From a virus (Duplodnaviria; Caudoviricetes), in the IMG/VR virus record IMGVR_UViG_3300037424_000434, positions 171,766 to 235,765 of that record: a stretch of 64,000 nt of DNA. One strand, given 5' to 3'. Made by a program: the position numbers and the translations under genes. Positions 19,865-28,478 of this stretch are shown here, in pieces. Position 1 is the stretch's first letter, and the number at the start of each line of letters is the position of its first letter. Under the pieces are notes generated by a model. That model was not told where the DNA came from. It saw only the letters and a list, made by a program, of their open reading frames with translations, and did no database searches.

Positions 19865-19996
19865 ATGAAAGCATTTTCTGGTGAACTTGGCCAAGGTCGC
19901 AAGGTCTCTTCTGAGTATGAAAAAGAATTAGCTCTTATCAAAGAGATGAAAGCTAAAGGGGAAACCCCCTACAGAAACCTTGTTCACGTGGTCTAA
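19865..19996 (+). CDS. 43-aa small protein
   Basis: [21 protein letters not shown]...VHVV. Confidence 0.5.
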   Translation: MKAFSGELGQGRKVSSEYEKELALIKEMKAKGETPYRNLVHVV

Positions 19997-20011
19997 GAAA
20001 GGACTAATGTA

Positions 20012-22222
20012 ATGAATCGTTGGAACACAAATAACATGCAGGTGTCGCGTCCAGAACCTTTTCGGGTTGAAGTTCTCGATGAAGAAATGGATACCAAGGT
20101 CATTAATGATTTTCTCTTAAAGTTTGGTCGTGATCTGGTAGCAGAAGCCCGACAAGGAAACCAAGATCCGGTTATCGGGCGTGATGATGAGATTCGCCGG
20201 GTAGTTCGTATTCTGTCACGAAAAACAAAAAACAATCCTATTCTGATTGGAGAACCCGGTGTTGGCAAAACCGCCATTGTCGAAGGTTTGGCTCAACGGA
20301 TTGTTAGGGGCGATGTACCGAACTCAATGAAAGATAAGTATATTTATGCACTCGATCTTGGGTCACTGATGGCCGGTGCCAGTATGCAAGGAGAACTCGA
20401 AAAACGAGTCAAGGATATCTTGGACTACATCAAAGGCCAAGACGGACAAATCATGTTATTCATCGATGAAATCCATAGCATGGTGGGTATGGGAGCGGGC
20501 AACGGTGTAGATATGGGCAACATGCTCAAGCCAATGTTGGCTCGTGGGGAACTTCGTTGTATCGGTGCTACCACCTTGGATGAGTACCGAGAAAATGTGG
20601 AAAAAGATGCCGCATTGGAAAGACGATTTCAAACCATTATCGTGGATCAACCGAGTGTTGAAGATACGATTTCAATGCTTCGTGGGCTGAAGTCTAGATA
20701 CGAAGTTTATCATGGAGTTACTATTCGTGATACGGCTTTGGTTGTTGCGGCTGAGCTATCCCATAGGTATATCTCGGACCGGTTTCTACCAGACAAAGCA
20801 ATTGATCTTGTTGACGAGGCATGTGCTATGGTTCGGACTGAGCTTGACTCGAATCCGGCAGAACTTGACGGAATGCTCCGTAAAATCCAACAACTTAAAA
20901 TCGAGGAAAGCGCGTTAACAGGCGAACCTGACCAAAGTTCGGCGGATCGATTGATTGCTATCCAAGCGGAAATTTCCGGACTAACCCCGATTGCAGATGA
21001 TATGACCACTCGCTGGACGAATGAGAAGGCGCTAATCTTGAGTGTTACCACTCTTCGAAAAAACCTGTCCACTGCCAGAAAAGAGCTTGAAACCTGTCAG
21101 CGACAAGAAGAATTGGAACGTGCGGGGGAACTTCAGTACGGCCTGATTCCCCAAATGGAATCCGAAGTTCATAATGCCGAAGAAGCATTGTCGGCTCTTA
21201 ATGGTTCCGCTCTGTGCCATGACGCGATCAATGAAGATGAGATTGCGCAAGTGGTTTCTCGTTGGACGGGAATTCCCGTCTCCCGCCTGACCGAGGGAGA
21301 GATCGAAAAGATTCTTGGTCTCCGAGCAAAAATGGGTGGTCAGGTGATTGGCCAAGAGGAAGCAATAGAATCAGTGTCTGATGCTATCATTCGTTCTCGC
21401 TCTGGCATTAAAGACCCCGCCCGCCCTATTGGATCGTTCATCTTTCTTGGACCCACTGGGGTGGGAAAAACTGAGTTGGCAAAATGTTTGACTCGCGAAA
21501 TGTTTGACACTGAACAAAATATGATTCGGGTTGATATGTCTGAATATATGGAAAAACATAGTGTGGCACGGTTAATTGGTGCTCCTCCCGGTTATATCGG
21601 ATACAATGAGGGTGGCCAGCTTACCGAAGCGGTACGCCGCAAACCATTTTCAGTGATCCTGTTTGATGAAATTGAAAAGGCGCACCCAGATGTCTTTAAT
21701 ACCCTCCTTCAGATCCTTGATGATGGACGTTGCACTGATGGCCATGGCAGAACAGTTAGTTTCAAAAATACCATTATCATCATGACCAGCAATATCGGTT
21801 CACAGCCTCTTATTACAGGGATTGACGGTTCTGGTCACATTAAAGAGGCGGCACGTGACAAGGTTATGGACGAACTTAAGAGGGGGTTCCGACCCGAGTT
21901 CCTTAATCGGATTGATGATATCATCCTCTTTAAGCCATTGGGTATGGCTGAAATCAAGGTTATTATTGAATTGATGCTCCAAGATATCCGTGATCGGTTA
22001 TCTGGTCGCAGGATTGACATACAGTTGACAGATGTGGCCAAAGAGTTTGTTGCTGAAGTAGCATATGATCCAATCTATGGCGCTCGTCCCCTGAAAAGAT
22101 TTTTGATCCACAACCTCGAAACCGAAATCGGGAAAGCCCTTCTCCGGGGAATTGTAAAAGACGGTGATATCATTCAAGTTGATGCTAATAGAGAAGATGG
22201 TTTGGTTATTAGCGTAGTTTAA
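20012..22222 (+). CDS. clpB: ClpB-like AAA+ disaggregase lacking the N-terminal Clp-repeat domain
   Basis: [26 protein letters not shown], coiled-coil M domain, [29 protein letters not shown]. Confidence 0.93.
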   Translation: MNRWNTNNMQVSRPEPFRVEVLDEEMDTKVINDFLLKFGRDLVAEARQGNQDPVIGRDDEIRRVVRILSRKTKNNPILIGEPGVGKTAIVEGLAQRIVRGDVPNSMKDKYIYALDLGSLMAGASMQGELEKRVKDILDYIKGQDGQIMLFIDEIHSMVGMGAGNGVDMGNMLKPMLARGELRCIGATTLDEYRENVEKDAALERRFQTIIVDQPSVEDTISMLRGLKSRYEVYHGVTIRDTALVVAAELSHRYISDRFLPDKAIDLVDEACAMVRTELDSNPAELDGMLRKIQQLKIEESALTGEPDQSSADRLIAIQAEISGLTPIADDMTTRWTNEKALILSVTTLRKNLSTARKELETCQRQEELERAGELQYGLIPQMESEVHNAEEALSALNGSALCHDAINEDEIAQVVSRWTGIPVSRLTEGEIEKILGLRAKMGGQVIGQEEAIESVSDAIIRSRSGIKDPARPIGSFIFLGPTGVGKTELAKCLTREMFDTEQNMIRVDMSEYMEKHSVARLIGAPPGYIGYNEGGQLTEAVRRKPFSVILFDEIEKAHPDVFNTLLQILDDGRCTDGHGRTVSFKNTIIIMTSNIGSQPLITGIDGSGHIKEAARDKVMDELKRGFRPEFLNRIDDIILFKPLGMAEIKVIIELMLQDIRDRLSGRRIDIQLTDVAKEFVAEVAYDPIYGARPLKRFLIHNLETEIGKALLRGIVKDGDIIQVDANREDGLVISVV

Positions 22223-22232
22223 TAAAACCAAA

Positions 22233-22275
22233 GAATGTTTGCGTTCACGAACAATGTCATTAAACGCAAACATTC
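22233..22275. terminator. 13-bp inverted repeat after clpB (terminator-like)
   Basis: GAATGTTTGCGTT...AACGCAAACATTC. Confidence 0.65.
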
Positions 22276-22364
22276 CACCTTTTACCAAAATTAACCTTGA
22301 CATATATAAGTAATCTATGGTACTGTTGGACTATAAAGATAACCCATACAAAGGAGAAACAACA

Positions 22365-23234
22365 ATGACAATTTCTACCCCTAACGTTAATCCATTTTTT
22401 CCGGTCGAGCGTCAAAAACTTTTTGCCTCATTCGAGGACGAGCAAGTATATGTTGACCGGGATGGTTTGCTGAATGCCGAAACCGGTGGTGTCTTGGGCA
22501 CGGTTGGTGTCAAGTATAAACTGGTGCCGAATGCCGAAGTTAATTCTATCTTCGAGGAGGCTTTTCAAAATCTTCCCGTTGAATTCACTAAAGACCATTT
22601 GAACTCAAACGAGTCACGCTGGCAACGTGATATCATTCTTGATGGTGATCAGTTTACCCGCACCATTGGATTGAATGATGTGGTTAAGACTAAAATCTCG
22701 GTTTGGAATGGTTATGATGGTCGTACCGGGGTTGGGTTTGCCCTTTCAGCATACCGCCAAATCTGCGAAAACGGCATGATGGGATGGAGAAAAATGTTCG
22801 GTTCAAATCTGCCGCATCTTGGACCCCACGTTATCACCAAGATCCAACGGGATTTTGATAAATCATTCCAAGGATTTCAACAGAATTTTGATGTCTGGGA
22901 GTCAATGGCCAATCAACGATTCACCCATATCGATTTCAAGAACTTTATCGAGTCTCGGGTCAAACGTACCAACGATGCAGGTAAGGTTATTGGGTACTTG
23001 AGTGATCGTCAAGCTGACGCAATCACCGATCAATACGCTCCGATTCTGAACAAATACCGTGACGACGAGACTCGCTGGGCGAGTCTGAATGTCATCACAG
23101 CGATTGCAACCCATCACACGGAGGCGCGCGAAGGTGGTTCGAGTATCTTCTCAGCGGGATATTCAAGGCTTGAGAAATTGGCTCAAGACTTCATGACATT
23201 CGATGCAAACTCTGATCTTTTTGTGGTGAGTTAA
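22365..23234 (+). CDS. DUF932/DUF945-like phage protein
   Basis: VLGTVGVKYKLVPN, ISVWNGYDG, AYRQICENGM, WASLNVIT. RBS AAGGAG. Confidence 0.7.
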   Translation: MTISTPNVNPFFPVERQKLFASFEDEQVYVDRDGLLNAETGGVLGTVGVKYKLVPNAEVNSIFEEAFQNLPVEFTKDHLNSNESRWQRDIILDGDQFTRTIGLNDVVKTKISVWNGYDGRTGVGFALSAYRQICENGMMGWRKMFGSNLPHLGPHVITKIQRDFDKSFQGFQQNFDVWESMANQRFTHIDFKNFIESRVKRTNDAGKVIGYLSDRQADAITDQYAPILNKYRDDETRWASLNVITAIATHHTEAREGGSSIFSAGYSRLEKLAQDFMTFDANSDLFVVS

Positions 23235-23285
23235 TGATGGAGAGAGTGGACACTAAATAAACCACTAATCATCGCTTGATTTGAA

Positions 23286-23322
23286 TATAAATACTCCTAG
23301 TGAAAGCTGGGGGTATTTTTTT
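23286..23322 (+). promoter_or_regulatory. Late promoter embedded in a terminator / RBS-occluding hairpin
   Basis: TATAAATA overlaps AAATACTCCTAG-TGAAAG-CTGGGGGTATTT followed by a T-run. Confidence 0.75.
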
Positions 23323-23580
23323 ATGACAAAATGTGACATTTGTTCTACATTAGCGTATACAGAGAAACACCACATAGTATCAAAATCATGTGGAGGTTCT
23401 AACGCAAAACATAACATAACCCATATATGTTCAATCTGCCATGGATTGGTTCATCGTGGTGTCCGGGTCATAGAGGGCAAATTCATGACATCTGATGGTA
23501 TAAAAGTTATCTGGCATGACATAGACGAGGACACAATAACAGGTAGAGAACCAGAGGTTTATGTGATGGGCAAGAAATAA
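23323..23580 (+). CDS. Small HNH endonuclease
   Basis: CDIC...EKHHIVSKSCGGSNAKHNITHICSICHGLVH. Confidence 0.8.
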   Translation: MTKCDICSTLAYTEKHHIVSKSCGGSNAKHNITHICSICHGLVHRGVRVIEGKFMTSDGIKVIWHDIDEDTITGREPEVYVMGKK

Positions 23581-23800
23581 TTAAAATTTTTTTCAGAAAA
23601 ATAGAAAATTTTTATAAATAGAAGTAAGAAAGAAAAAAAACAGGAGATCAAACTTACATGTTTAGTATACATTTACAACCATTGTCAACCACATGTAATT
23701 CGGGCAAACCCGAGGCGGCACTCGTACGCTTTCAGGATAGTTGGAATTATATTACGGGGCAAATGTAAATGGTCTAAAGTTGAAGCATATATTCTTTAAT

Positions 23801-23835
23801 GAGCCATTTACATGAGAACTGTAGATGGCTTTTGT
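23801..23835 (+). terminator. Intrinsic terminator
   Basis: AGCCATTTACA...TGTAGATGGCT followed by TTTGTTTTT. Confidence 0.75.
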
Positions 23836-23861
23836 TTTTGTAGGTCTTTGATAATTGAATA

Positions 23862-23890
23862 TTGACATGTAGTAAAAAGCATGATACTCT
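23862..23890 (+). promoter_or_regulatory. sigma70-type promoter for the RNA ligase operon
   Basis: TTGACA-N17-TACTCT. Confidence 0.65.
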
Positions 23891-23897
23891 ATAAACC

Positions 23898-24212
23898 ATG
23901 ATAAATGTATGTTTTTGGTGTAATAGAGCTAAAGCTGAAGAGCAGGCAGGACAACCCGTTTATACTGACTATGAATTTTGTCCCTTATGTAAGAAGATAT
24001 GTGAACAAGGAATAACCATAATTCAAGTCACAACCGAGTCTAATGGCAATCCGCCCGTCAGGGATGGTCTTTGTCCTACAGGTAAATGGGTTGTGGTATC
24101 AGAAAAAGAATTGGTGAGAGTATTGACAGACTCACCAATTCTTGATACCATCCTGCTTGCTCGACAGTTATATGTAAACAAAAATGATTGGGGGAGCCTA
24201 AAACTCCCTTAA
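23898..24212 (+). CDS. Hypothetical Zn-binding protein
   Basis: CFWC...CPLC. Confidence 0.55.
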   Translation: MINVCFWCNRAKAEEQAGQPVYTDYEFCPLCKKICEQGITIIQVTTESNGNPPVRDGLCPTGKWVVVSEKELVRVLTDSPILDTILLARQLYVNKNDWGSLKLP

Positions 24213-25171
24213 AGGAGACCAACGTGTTTAAAAAATATTGTTCGATCACACATCATTACAACTCAAAGTATATTTCCAAGTGGATAACATATCATCCAGA
24301 ACTGAAAGATGCTATGTACGTCGTTCACGAAAAAGTGGATGGATCTAATCTTCAGTTGATTTTTCGGCCAGAAGATAGTTTGGTTTATGCTAGCCGTAAG
24401 ATGATCCTTGAACCCGAAGACGGGTTCAATGGGGTTAGACAAGTAATTGAGGGTATTTGGGATAATGGTCTTTGGCATATTCAGGAATATTCTCGTATAG
24501 AGAATGTAGTCGTGCGGTTGTATGGTGAATTCTTTGGACCCAAAATTCAAGGTAGAGTAGATTATGGACCAAACAAAGGGTTCCTGATCTTTGACATAGA
24601 AGTTGATGGATTCTGGCTGAGCCCAAGGGAAGTGGAAGACTTTCTATATGATTTGAAGTGCGATCATTTGATGGTTCCGGTCATAGCCTATGCCCATTCC
24701 CTTGAAGAGGCCTTGGAGTGTAACGTAAATTTAAATTCTATGTTGACAAAGGCCGAGGGTGGTACTAATATAATGGAAGGTGGGGTAATCAAACCATATG
24801 AATTAGTTATTAGAACATCGGAAGGTTCAACATTCTATTTAAAAAAGACGAATAACGAATTCTCCGAGAAGTCTACAACCAAACCATGGAGGCAACTAGA
24901 TGGGAGTAATACTCCAGAAGTTGTATCATGGCGCGACACCTTCTGTCAGTATTTGAATGACAACCGGGTACTTTCGGTTTTTAGTAAATACGGTGAGATC
25001 GAAAAATCTGGCCAGATGGGGGATTATATTAGATATATTCTCCAAGACGCCAAAGAATCCTTTTTAGAGGAAGAGACCGATTTTGATATCAATGAATATA
25101 CGAAAGATGAATATAAGTTCATAACAAACGGTGGTAACGCCGTGGCGATGTTGCTTAAAAAATATCTATAG
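24188..25171 (+). CDS. rnl2: RNA ligase 2 (Rnl2 family)
   Basis: Nucleotidyltransferase motifs HEKVDGSN, LYGEFFG, FLIFDI, MEGGVIKP, YLKKTNNEF, plus C-terminal YLNDNRVLSVFSKYG. Probable GTG start 24224. Confidence 0.88.
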   Translation: MGEPKTPLKETNVFKKYCSITHHYNSKYISKWITYHPELKDAMYVVHEKVDGSNLQLIFRPEDSLVYASRKMILEPEDGFNGVRQVIEGIWDNGLWHIQEYSRIENVVVRLYGEFFGPKIQGRVDYGPNKGFLIFDIEVDGFWLSPREVEDFLYDLKCDHLMVPVIAYAHSLEEALECNVNLNSMLTKAEGGTNIMEGGVIKPYELVIRTSEGSTFYLKKTNNEFSEKSTTKPWRQLDGSNTPEVVSWRDTFCQYLNDNRVLSVFSKYGEIEKSGQMGDYIRYILQDAKESFLEEETDFDINEYTKDEYKFITNGGNAVAMLLKKYL

Positions 25172-25208
25172 ACCAGTGAATAGTCTTGTGGGGATTCACA
25201 AAAAGCAT

Positions 25209-25280
25209 AGGGGCTTGGTGTAGTGGAAACATAACCGACTTTGAATCAGTTGCCGAGAGTTCGATTCTCTCAGCCCCCGG
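25209..25280 (+). tRNA. tRNA-Gln(TTG), CCA not encoded
   Basis: Cloverleaf, loop CT-TTG-AA, T arm GAGAG-TTCGATT-CTCTC. Confidence 0.85.
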
Positions 25281-25300
25281 TAATTTGTGAAAGGATTGTC

Positions 25301-25846
25301 ATGACCAAACAGTATGAAGTATCTATAACCGTGAGATCTGGGGAAGGAGTGATGGATAAAATCAGAGCACTGAGAGGGGTGTTTTCTTTTATACATCCAT
25401 CGACAGGCGAAACCCAGTTTATGTTGAGTTTGAAGGAATCTTTCTGGTTAATTAATGAAGCACGTGATGGGGGTGTAATTTTATATTTATCCCCAAAAAC
25501 GGCATTGGAACTCTCAGAAAAGGGATTTATAGTTAAACAACCAAATAACATATCCAAAGGTATTGTCGATGATGGCAGTGAGGAAATAATCACAGTTAGA
25601 ATATATAAAGAAAATGATGGACTTAAGATCCAAGCAGTCAGAACCATACGTGCCGCACTTGGATATGGACTGATAGAATCAAAAGATTTGATTGAGGAAA
25701 TTTGGCAAGACCGCGAACCGGTGGTTGTGGTTATGACAAAAAGAGAGGCAACGATATTAATTGATGGTGGATTCGTGGTGGAGATTTTTCCCCCAGACAC
25801 TGGACCTAACCATTTTGAACCAGATTTATTTGAAATGTTCCCTTAG
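25301..25846 (+). CDS. Protein with two ribosomal bL12 C-terminal-domain-like repeats
   Basis: KIQAVRTIRAALGYGLIESKDLIE and MDKIRALR...SLKES resemble the L7/L12 CTD motif. Confidence 0.6.
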   Translation: MTKQYEVSITVRSGEGVMDKIRALRGVFSFIHPSTGETQFMLSLKESFWLINEARDGGVILYLSPKTALELSEKGFIVKQPNNISKGIVDDGSEEIITVRIYKENDGLKIQAVRTIRAALGYGLIESKDLIEEIWQDREPVVVVMTKREATILIDGGFVVEIFPPDTGPNHFEPDLFEMFP

Positions 25847-25910
25847 TCTAATGGTAGGGCGGTGAGTTGCAACCTCACAAGCAACGGTTCGATTCCGTTA
25901 GGGAATTCCA
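25837..25910 (+). tRNA. tRNA-Cys(GCA), overlaps the stop codon of the upstream ORF
   Basis: GTGAG-TTGCAAC-CTCAC, CCA end. Confidence 0.85.
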
Positions 25911-26092
25911 ATAGCAAGGTAAAGGAGGGTTTGATTCCCTCCATGTCCCCACTAAGGAGAATTATATGGATGATTCACAGTTTTATAGAAAAATTAATGA
26001 TCGTTCATGTAACAGTTCTACGTATCATAAGAAGGATGGAACATCCGTTAGATCAAAATTGAAAGAGGAATTGAAAAAAATAAAAAAAGAGC

Positions 26093-26121
26093 TTGACAAA
26101 GAGGAATTGGTTTGATAGTAT
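26093..26121 (+). promoter_or_regulatory. sigma70-type promoter (tRNA array)
   Basis: TTGACA-N17-TAGTAT. Confidence 0.75.
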
Positions 26122-26179
26122 CCGTCTTAAGTTAAGCAACACGAAACAAAAATTTACGTTTTTTGATAACAGAATAAAT

Positions 26180-26258
26180 GGGTAGTGAGATTAAAATATG
26201 CTGGGCATATGTCAGCCTCCAAAACTGATTTTAATGGGTTCGATTCCTACGCTACCCG
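26180..26258 (+). tRNA. tRNA-Trp(CCA), atypical D arm
   Basis: GGGTAGT/GCTACCC acceptor, CT-CCA-AA loop, weak D and T stems. Confidence 0.65.
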
Positions 26259-26285
26259 CAAAAAACAAAAACGAAAAAATAAAGA

Positions 26286-26314
26286 TTGACATTTGGTGTG
26301 AGATGTGTTTTAAT
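26286..26314 (+). promoter_or_regulatory. sigma70-type promoter (tRNA array)
   Basis: TTGACA-N17-TTTAAT. Confidence 0.65.
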
Positions 26315-26340
26315 CCACCTCAGTTCAATAGAAAAGTTGT

Positions 26341-26419
26341 CGCGGTATAGGGAAGTTTGGTTGTTCCCGTTGGGTTCATATCCCAAAGATCATCGGTTCG
26401 AATCCGATTACCGCTCCCA
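26341..26419 (+). tRNA. Initiator-type tRNA-fMet(CAT)
   Basis: Mismatched 1:72 pair, three G-C pairs in the anticodon stem (TTGGG/CCCAA), CCA. Confidence 0.85.
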
Positions 26420-26427
26420 GTTGTTAT

Positions 26428-26505
26428 GCTCCTGTAGTCCAAATTGGAGAAGGACATTGCTCTTTCAAGGCAAGTACGAGGGTTCGATTCCCTTCAGGAG
26501 TACCA
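26428..26505 (+). tRNA. tRNA-Glu(TTC)
   Basis: Cloverleaf, CT-TTC-AA, CCA. Confidence 0.92.
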
Positions 26506-26510
26506 GTCGT

Positions 26511-26637
26511 TTTGGATAGTAGTTTAAATGACGAAGAACGTGCCCTTTAATATGGGCAAAGTGAGGAAAGTACCTCGTAAATCGCAGTACAGAAATGTAC
26601 GCCGTGTTTAGGGAAACCGCCCTCCTATCCAAAACCA
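26511..26637 (+). ncRNA. 127-nt tRNA-like RNA with 9-bp acceptor, 8-nt anticodon loop and extra arms
   Basis: TTTGGATAG/CTATCCAAA-A-CCA, D stem GTTT/GAAC, TGCCC/GGGCA, two further hairpins, no TTC T-loop. Confidence 0.75.
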
Positions 26638-26642
26638 GTTTT

Positions 26643-26717
26643 GTCTCATTCGACTAGGGGTTAGGTCATTAGCCTCTCAAGCTAAAAACATGGGTTCGAT
26701 TCCCATATGAGACACCA
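26643..26717 (+). tRNA. tRNA-Glu(CTC)
   Basis: Cloverleaf, CT-CTC-AA, CCA. Confidence 0.92.
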
Positions 26718-26804
26718 ATTGGAACAATGGCACGGTGATGGATGGTCTGTCTTGGTTGGATAAACATGAGTTCAGAGAAGAAAGAAAAAATAAGGAAATA
26801 GTTG

Positions 26805-26833
26805 TTGACAATGAGTGTGAGTTCTGATATACT
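26805..26833 (+). promoter_or_regulatory. sigma70-type promoter
   Basis: TTGACA-N17-TATACT. Confidence 0.85.
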
Positions 26834-27034
26834 CTACTCAAGTCAAAACCTCTCCAACGCAGAGAACGAATCGTAAACGTTGGAAACCAAAGTCTATGAC
26901 AGTTAGAGGTCTGTTATCTAGTCAAGTTAAAATGAAAGTTGTGTTCATGGGTGCAGCACATTAAATCGCTTGGGGCCAACGTGGCGAATTCGAATAGTCA
27001 TATAAAAACGAGAGCTTTCATTTTAAACATTTTG

Positions 27035-27111
27035 GGGGTAGGGCACAGGTTGGCATCTGGTCTTGTCTGTAAAACAACGCAAATACGGTTCGATTCCGTG
27101 CTACCCCACCA
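27035..27111 (+). tRNA. tRNA-Tyr(GTA) with short variable arm
   Basis: GGGGTAG/CTACCCC, CT-GTA-AA, CCA. Confidence 0.8.
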
Positions 27112-27369
27112 ATTTAAATGGTAAAAACAGGTAACATTCTGGTTTAGCTAACCAAAATAAATCCTGTCTATAATTTGATGACCGGTTAAATCAGATTATT
27201 AAGCGTTTGCCCCTAGAGTCGATAAAGGGGTAACAATTTAAATGGTAAAAACAGGTAACATTCCGGTTTAGCTGGCCAAAAATAAATCCTGTCTATAATT
27301 TGATGACCGGTTAAATCAGATTATTAAGCGTTTGCCCCTAGAGTCGATAAAGGGGTAGCAATTTAAATG
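27111..27369 (+). repeat. Tandem direct repeat, unit 124-125 bp, two copies plus the start of a third
   Basis: Units begin AATTTAAATG at 27111, 27235 and 27360. Confidence 0.97.
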
Positions 27370-27374
27370 TATAT

Positions 27375-27549
27375 GCTCCCGTGTAGAAATATGGCCAACA
27401 CGAGAAAAAATATCCCATTCATGAGGGGATTACAGTAACGTGAAGGACTCTAGCCCGGACTCGAAAGGCGCATCAAGCGAAGGTGAACGGTTATCTGGGA
27501 TAGTTGATAGCAACTATAATTGCTGGTTCGAAGCCAGCCGGGGGCTCCA
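27375..27549 (+). ncRNA. 175-nt tRNA-like RNA with a large insert replacing the anticodon loop
   Basis: GCTCCCG/CGGGGGC-T-CCA, T arm GCTGG-TTCGAAG-CCAGC, TATCCCA/TGGGATA helix enclosing 78 nt. Confidence 0.8.
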
Positions 27550-27689
27550 ATTTGTGGGTACCAAATAAAGAGTGCTTTGTCAACCACGGAGAAAGACATG
27601 AAACAAGAAATTAATCAAGAAGAACTGGAAAAAATGGAGACGTGAAAAATGGATTGAATACGCATCGGTTCGCGTAACTTTGGAGCGCC

Positions 27690-27944
27690 TTGTTATGGCG
27701 CGGAGGTAGGGAAGTGTTAAGTAAAAATCAAATGAAGGCATTAAAGGAATTAACCGCAGCCTTCAAAAAGTGTAAAGCGGTAAATATTTCTTTCTGCGGG
27801 ATGGACTGCGATCTTCTTGCGTATGATCGAGAAGAATTAAGCTCTCAAGAAAAAGAGTTGGGTGGTCTTCACGAAGCGCAAGGAAAATGTGACCATGAAA
27901 TAGTTAATACGCATGGGACATATTTAGACAGCGGAGGCTGGTGA
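27690..27944 (+). CDS. Hypothetical protein
   Basis: ORF with GGAGG RBS (probable GTG start near 27714). Confidence 0.5.
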   Translation: MLWRGGREVLSKNQMKALKELTAAFKKCKAVNISFCGMDCDLLAYDREELSSQEKELGGLHEAQGKCDHEIVNTHGTYLDSGGW

Positions 27945-28112
27945 ACGTAAGGGGGGCGATTAGTACCCTATAGCGTTTTCGTTTAAGAGTGGAACAAACG
28001 AAACAAATTCCATTCAAACATTAATATCGCGGTTTTGTTGAAAAGAAAAGAACGGTTGACCATGCGTTAAAGGTTGTGGGATTTAGTAATTCTTTTTGGC
28101 AAACATTTTTGT

Positions 28113-28186
28113 ACCCGATTAGTACAATGGGAGTGCAACTGGCCTACACCCAGTAGACACGGGTTCGATTCCTGTATCGGGTACCA
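28113..28186 (+). tRNA. tRNA-Val(TAC) with C33
   Basis: ACTGG-CCTACAC-CCAGT, CCA. Confidence 0.85.
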
Positions 28187-28243
28187 TTAAAACATGTTAG
28201 GGTTGAACCATGGGTTCGTAAAAACTTTCCCCCTAAACTTTAT

Positions 28244-28318
28244 CCCTGTGTAGCTGAGATGGATTAGCGATTGCCTGAAGAGCAGTATAGAAGGGTTCGA
28301 TACCTTTCACAGGGACCA
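28244..28318 (+). tRNA. tRNA-Phe(GAA)
   Basis: Cloverleaf, CT-GAA-GA, CCA. Confidence 0.88.
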
Positions 28319-28405
28319 TTTATTCATGGGTCGCGCCCATGGCGCATCTATCCTATGCGAAAATCATGGTTACGATCATGGTGTGGATACGAGTGTAGAA
28401 TATAA

Positions 28406-28478
28406 ACCCTCACCGGTGGACTCTGGCATGGTGGCTACGAACTACTATTGGAATGTTCAATTCATTCTGGGGGTGCCA
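28406..28478 (+). tRNA. tRNA-Arg(ACG), divergent
   Basis: ACCCTCA/TGGGGGT-G-CCA, CT-ACG-AA, T loop TTCAATT. Confidence 0.65.

Noticed and set aside
23700-23745. GEMM-I-like GGCAAACC...ACGC
   Set aside because: It lacks the AAAG receptor and the downstream stem, and no gene follows before a terminator.
25281-25300. Theta (HDV-like) ribozymes after CCA-less tRNAs
   Set aside because: The trailers of Gln, Pro, Gly and Ala tRNAs show no nested double-pseudoknot pattern by eye.
25920-25952. Second permuted or split tRNA (T-arm-like GAGGG-TTTGATT-CCCTC plus CATGTCC)
   Set aside because: No matching 5' half is nearby. It is most likely a decayed tRNA remnant.
26563-26621. RNase P RNA-like words (GAGGAAAGT, ACAGAAA, AAACCGCC)
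   Set aside because: Far too short, the P4 3' strand is missing, and the segment is better explained as part of a CCA-ended tRNA-like fold.
27111-27369. Possible CRISPR array
   Set aside because: Whole 124-bp units are repeated with no unique spacers, and no cas genes are present.
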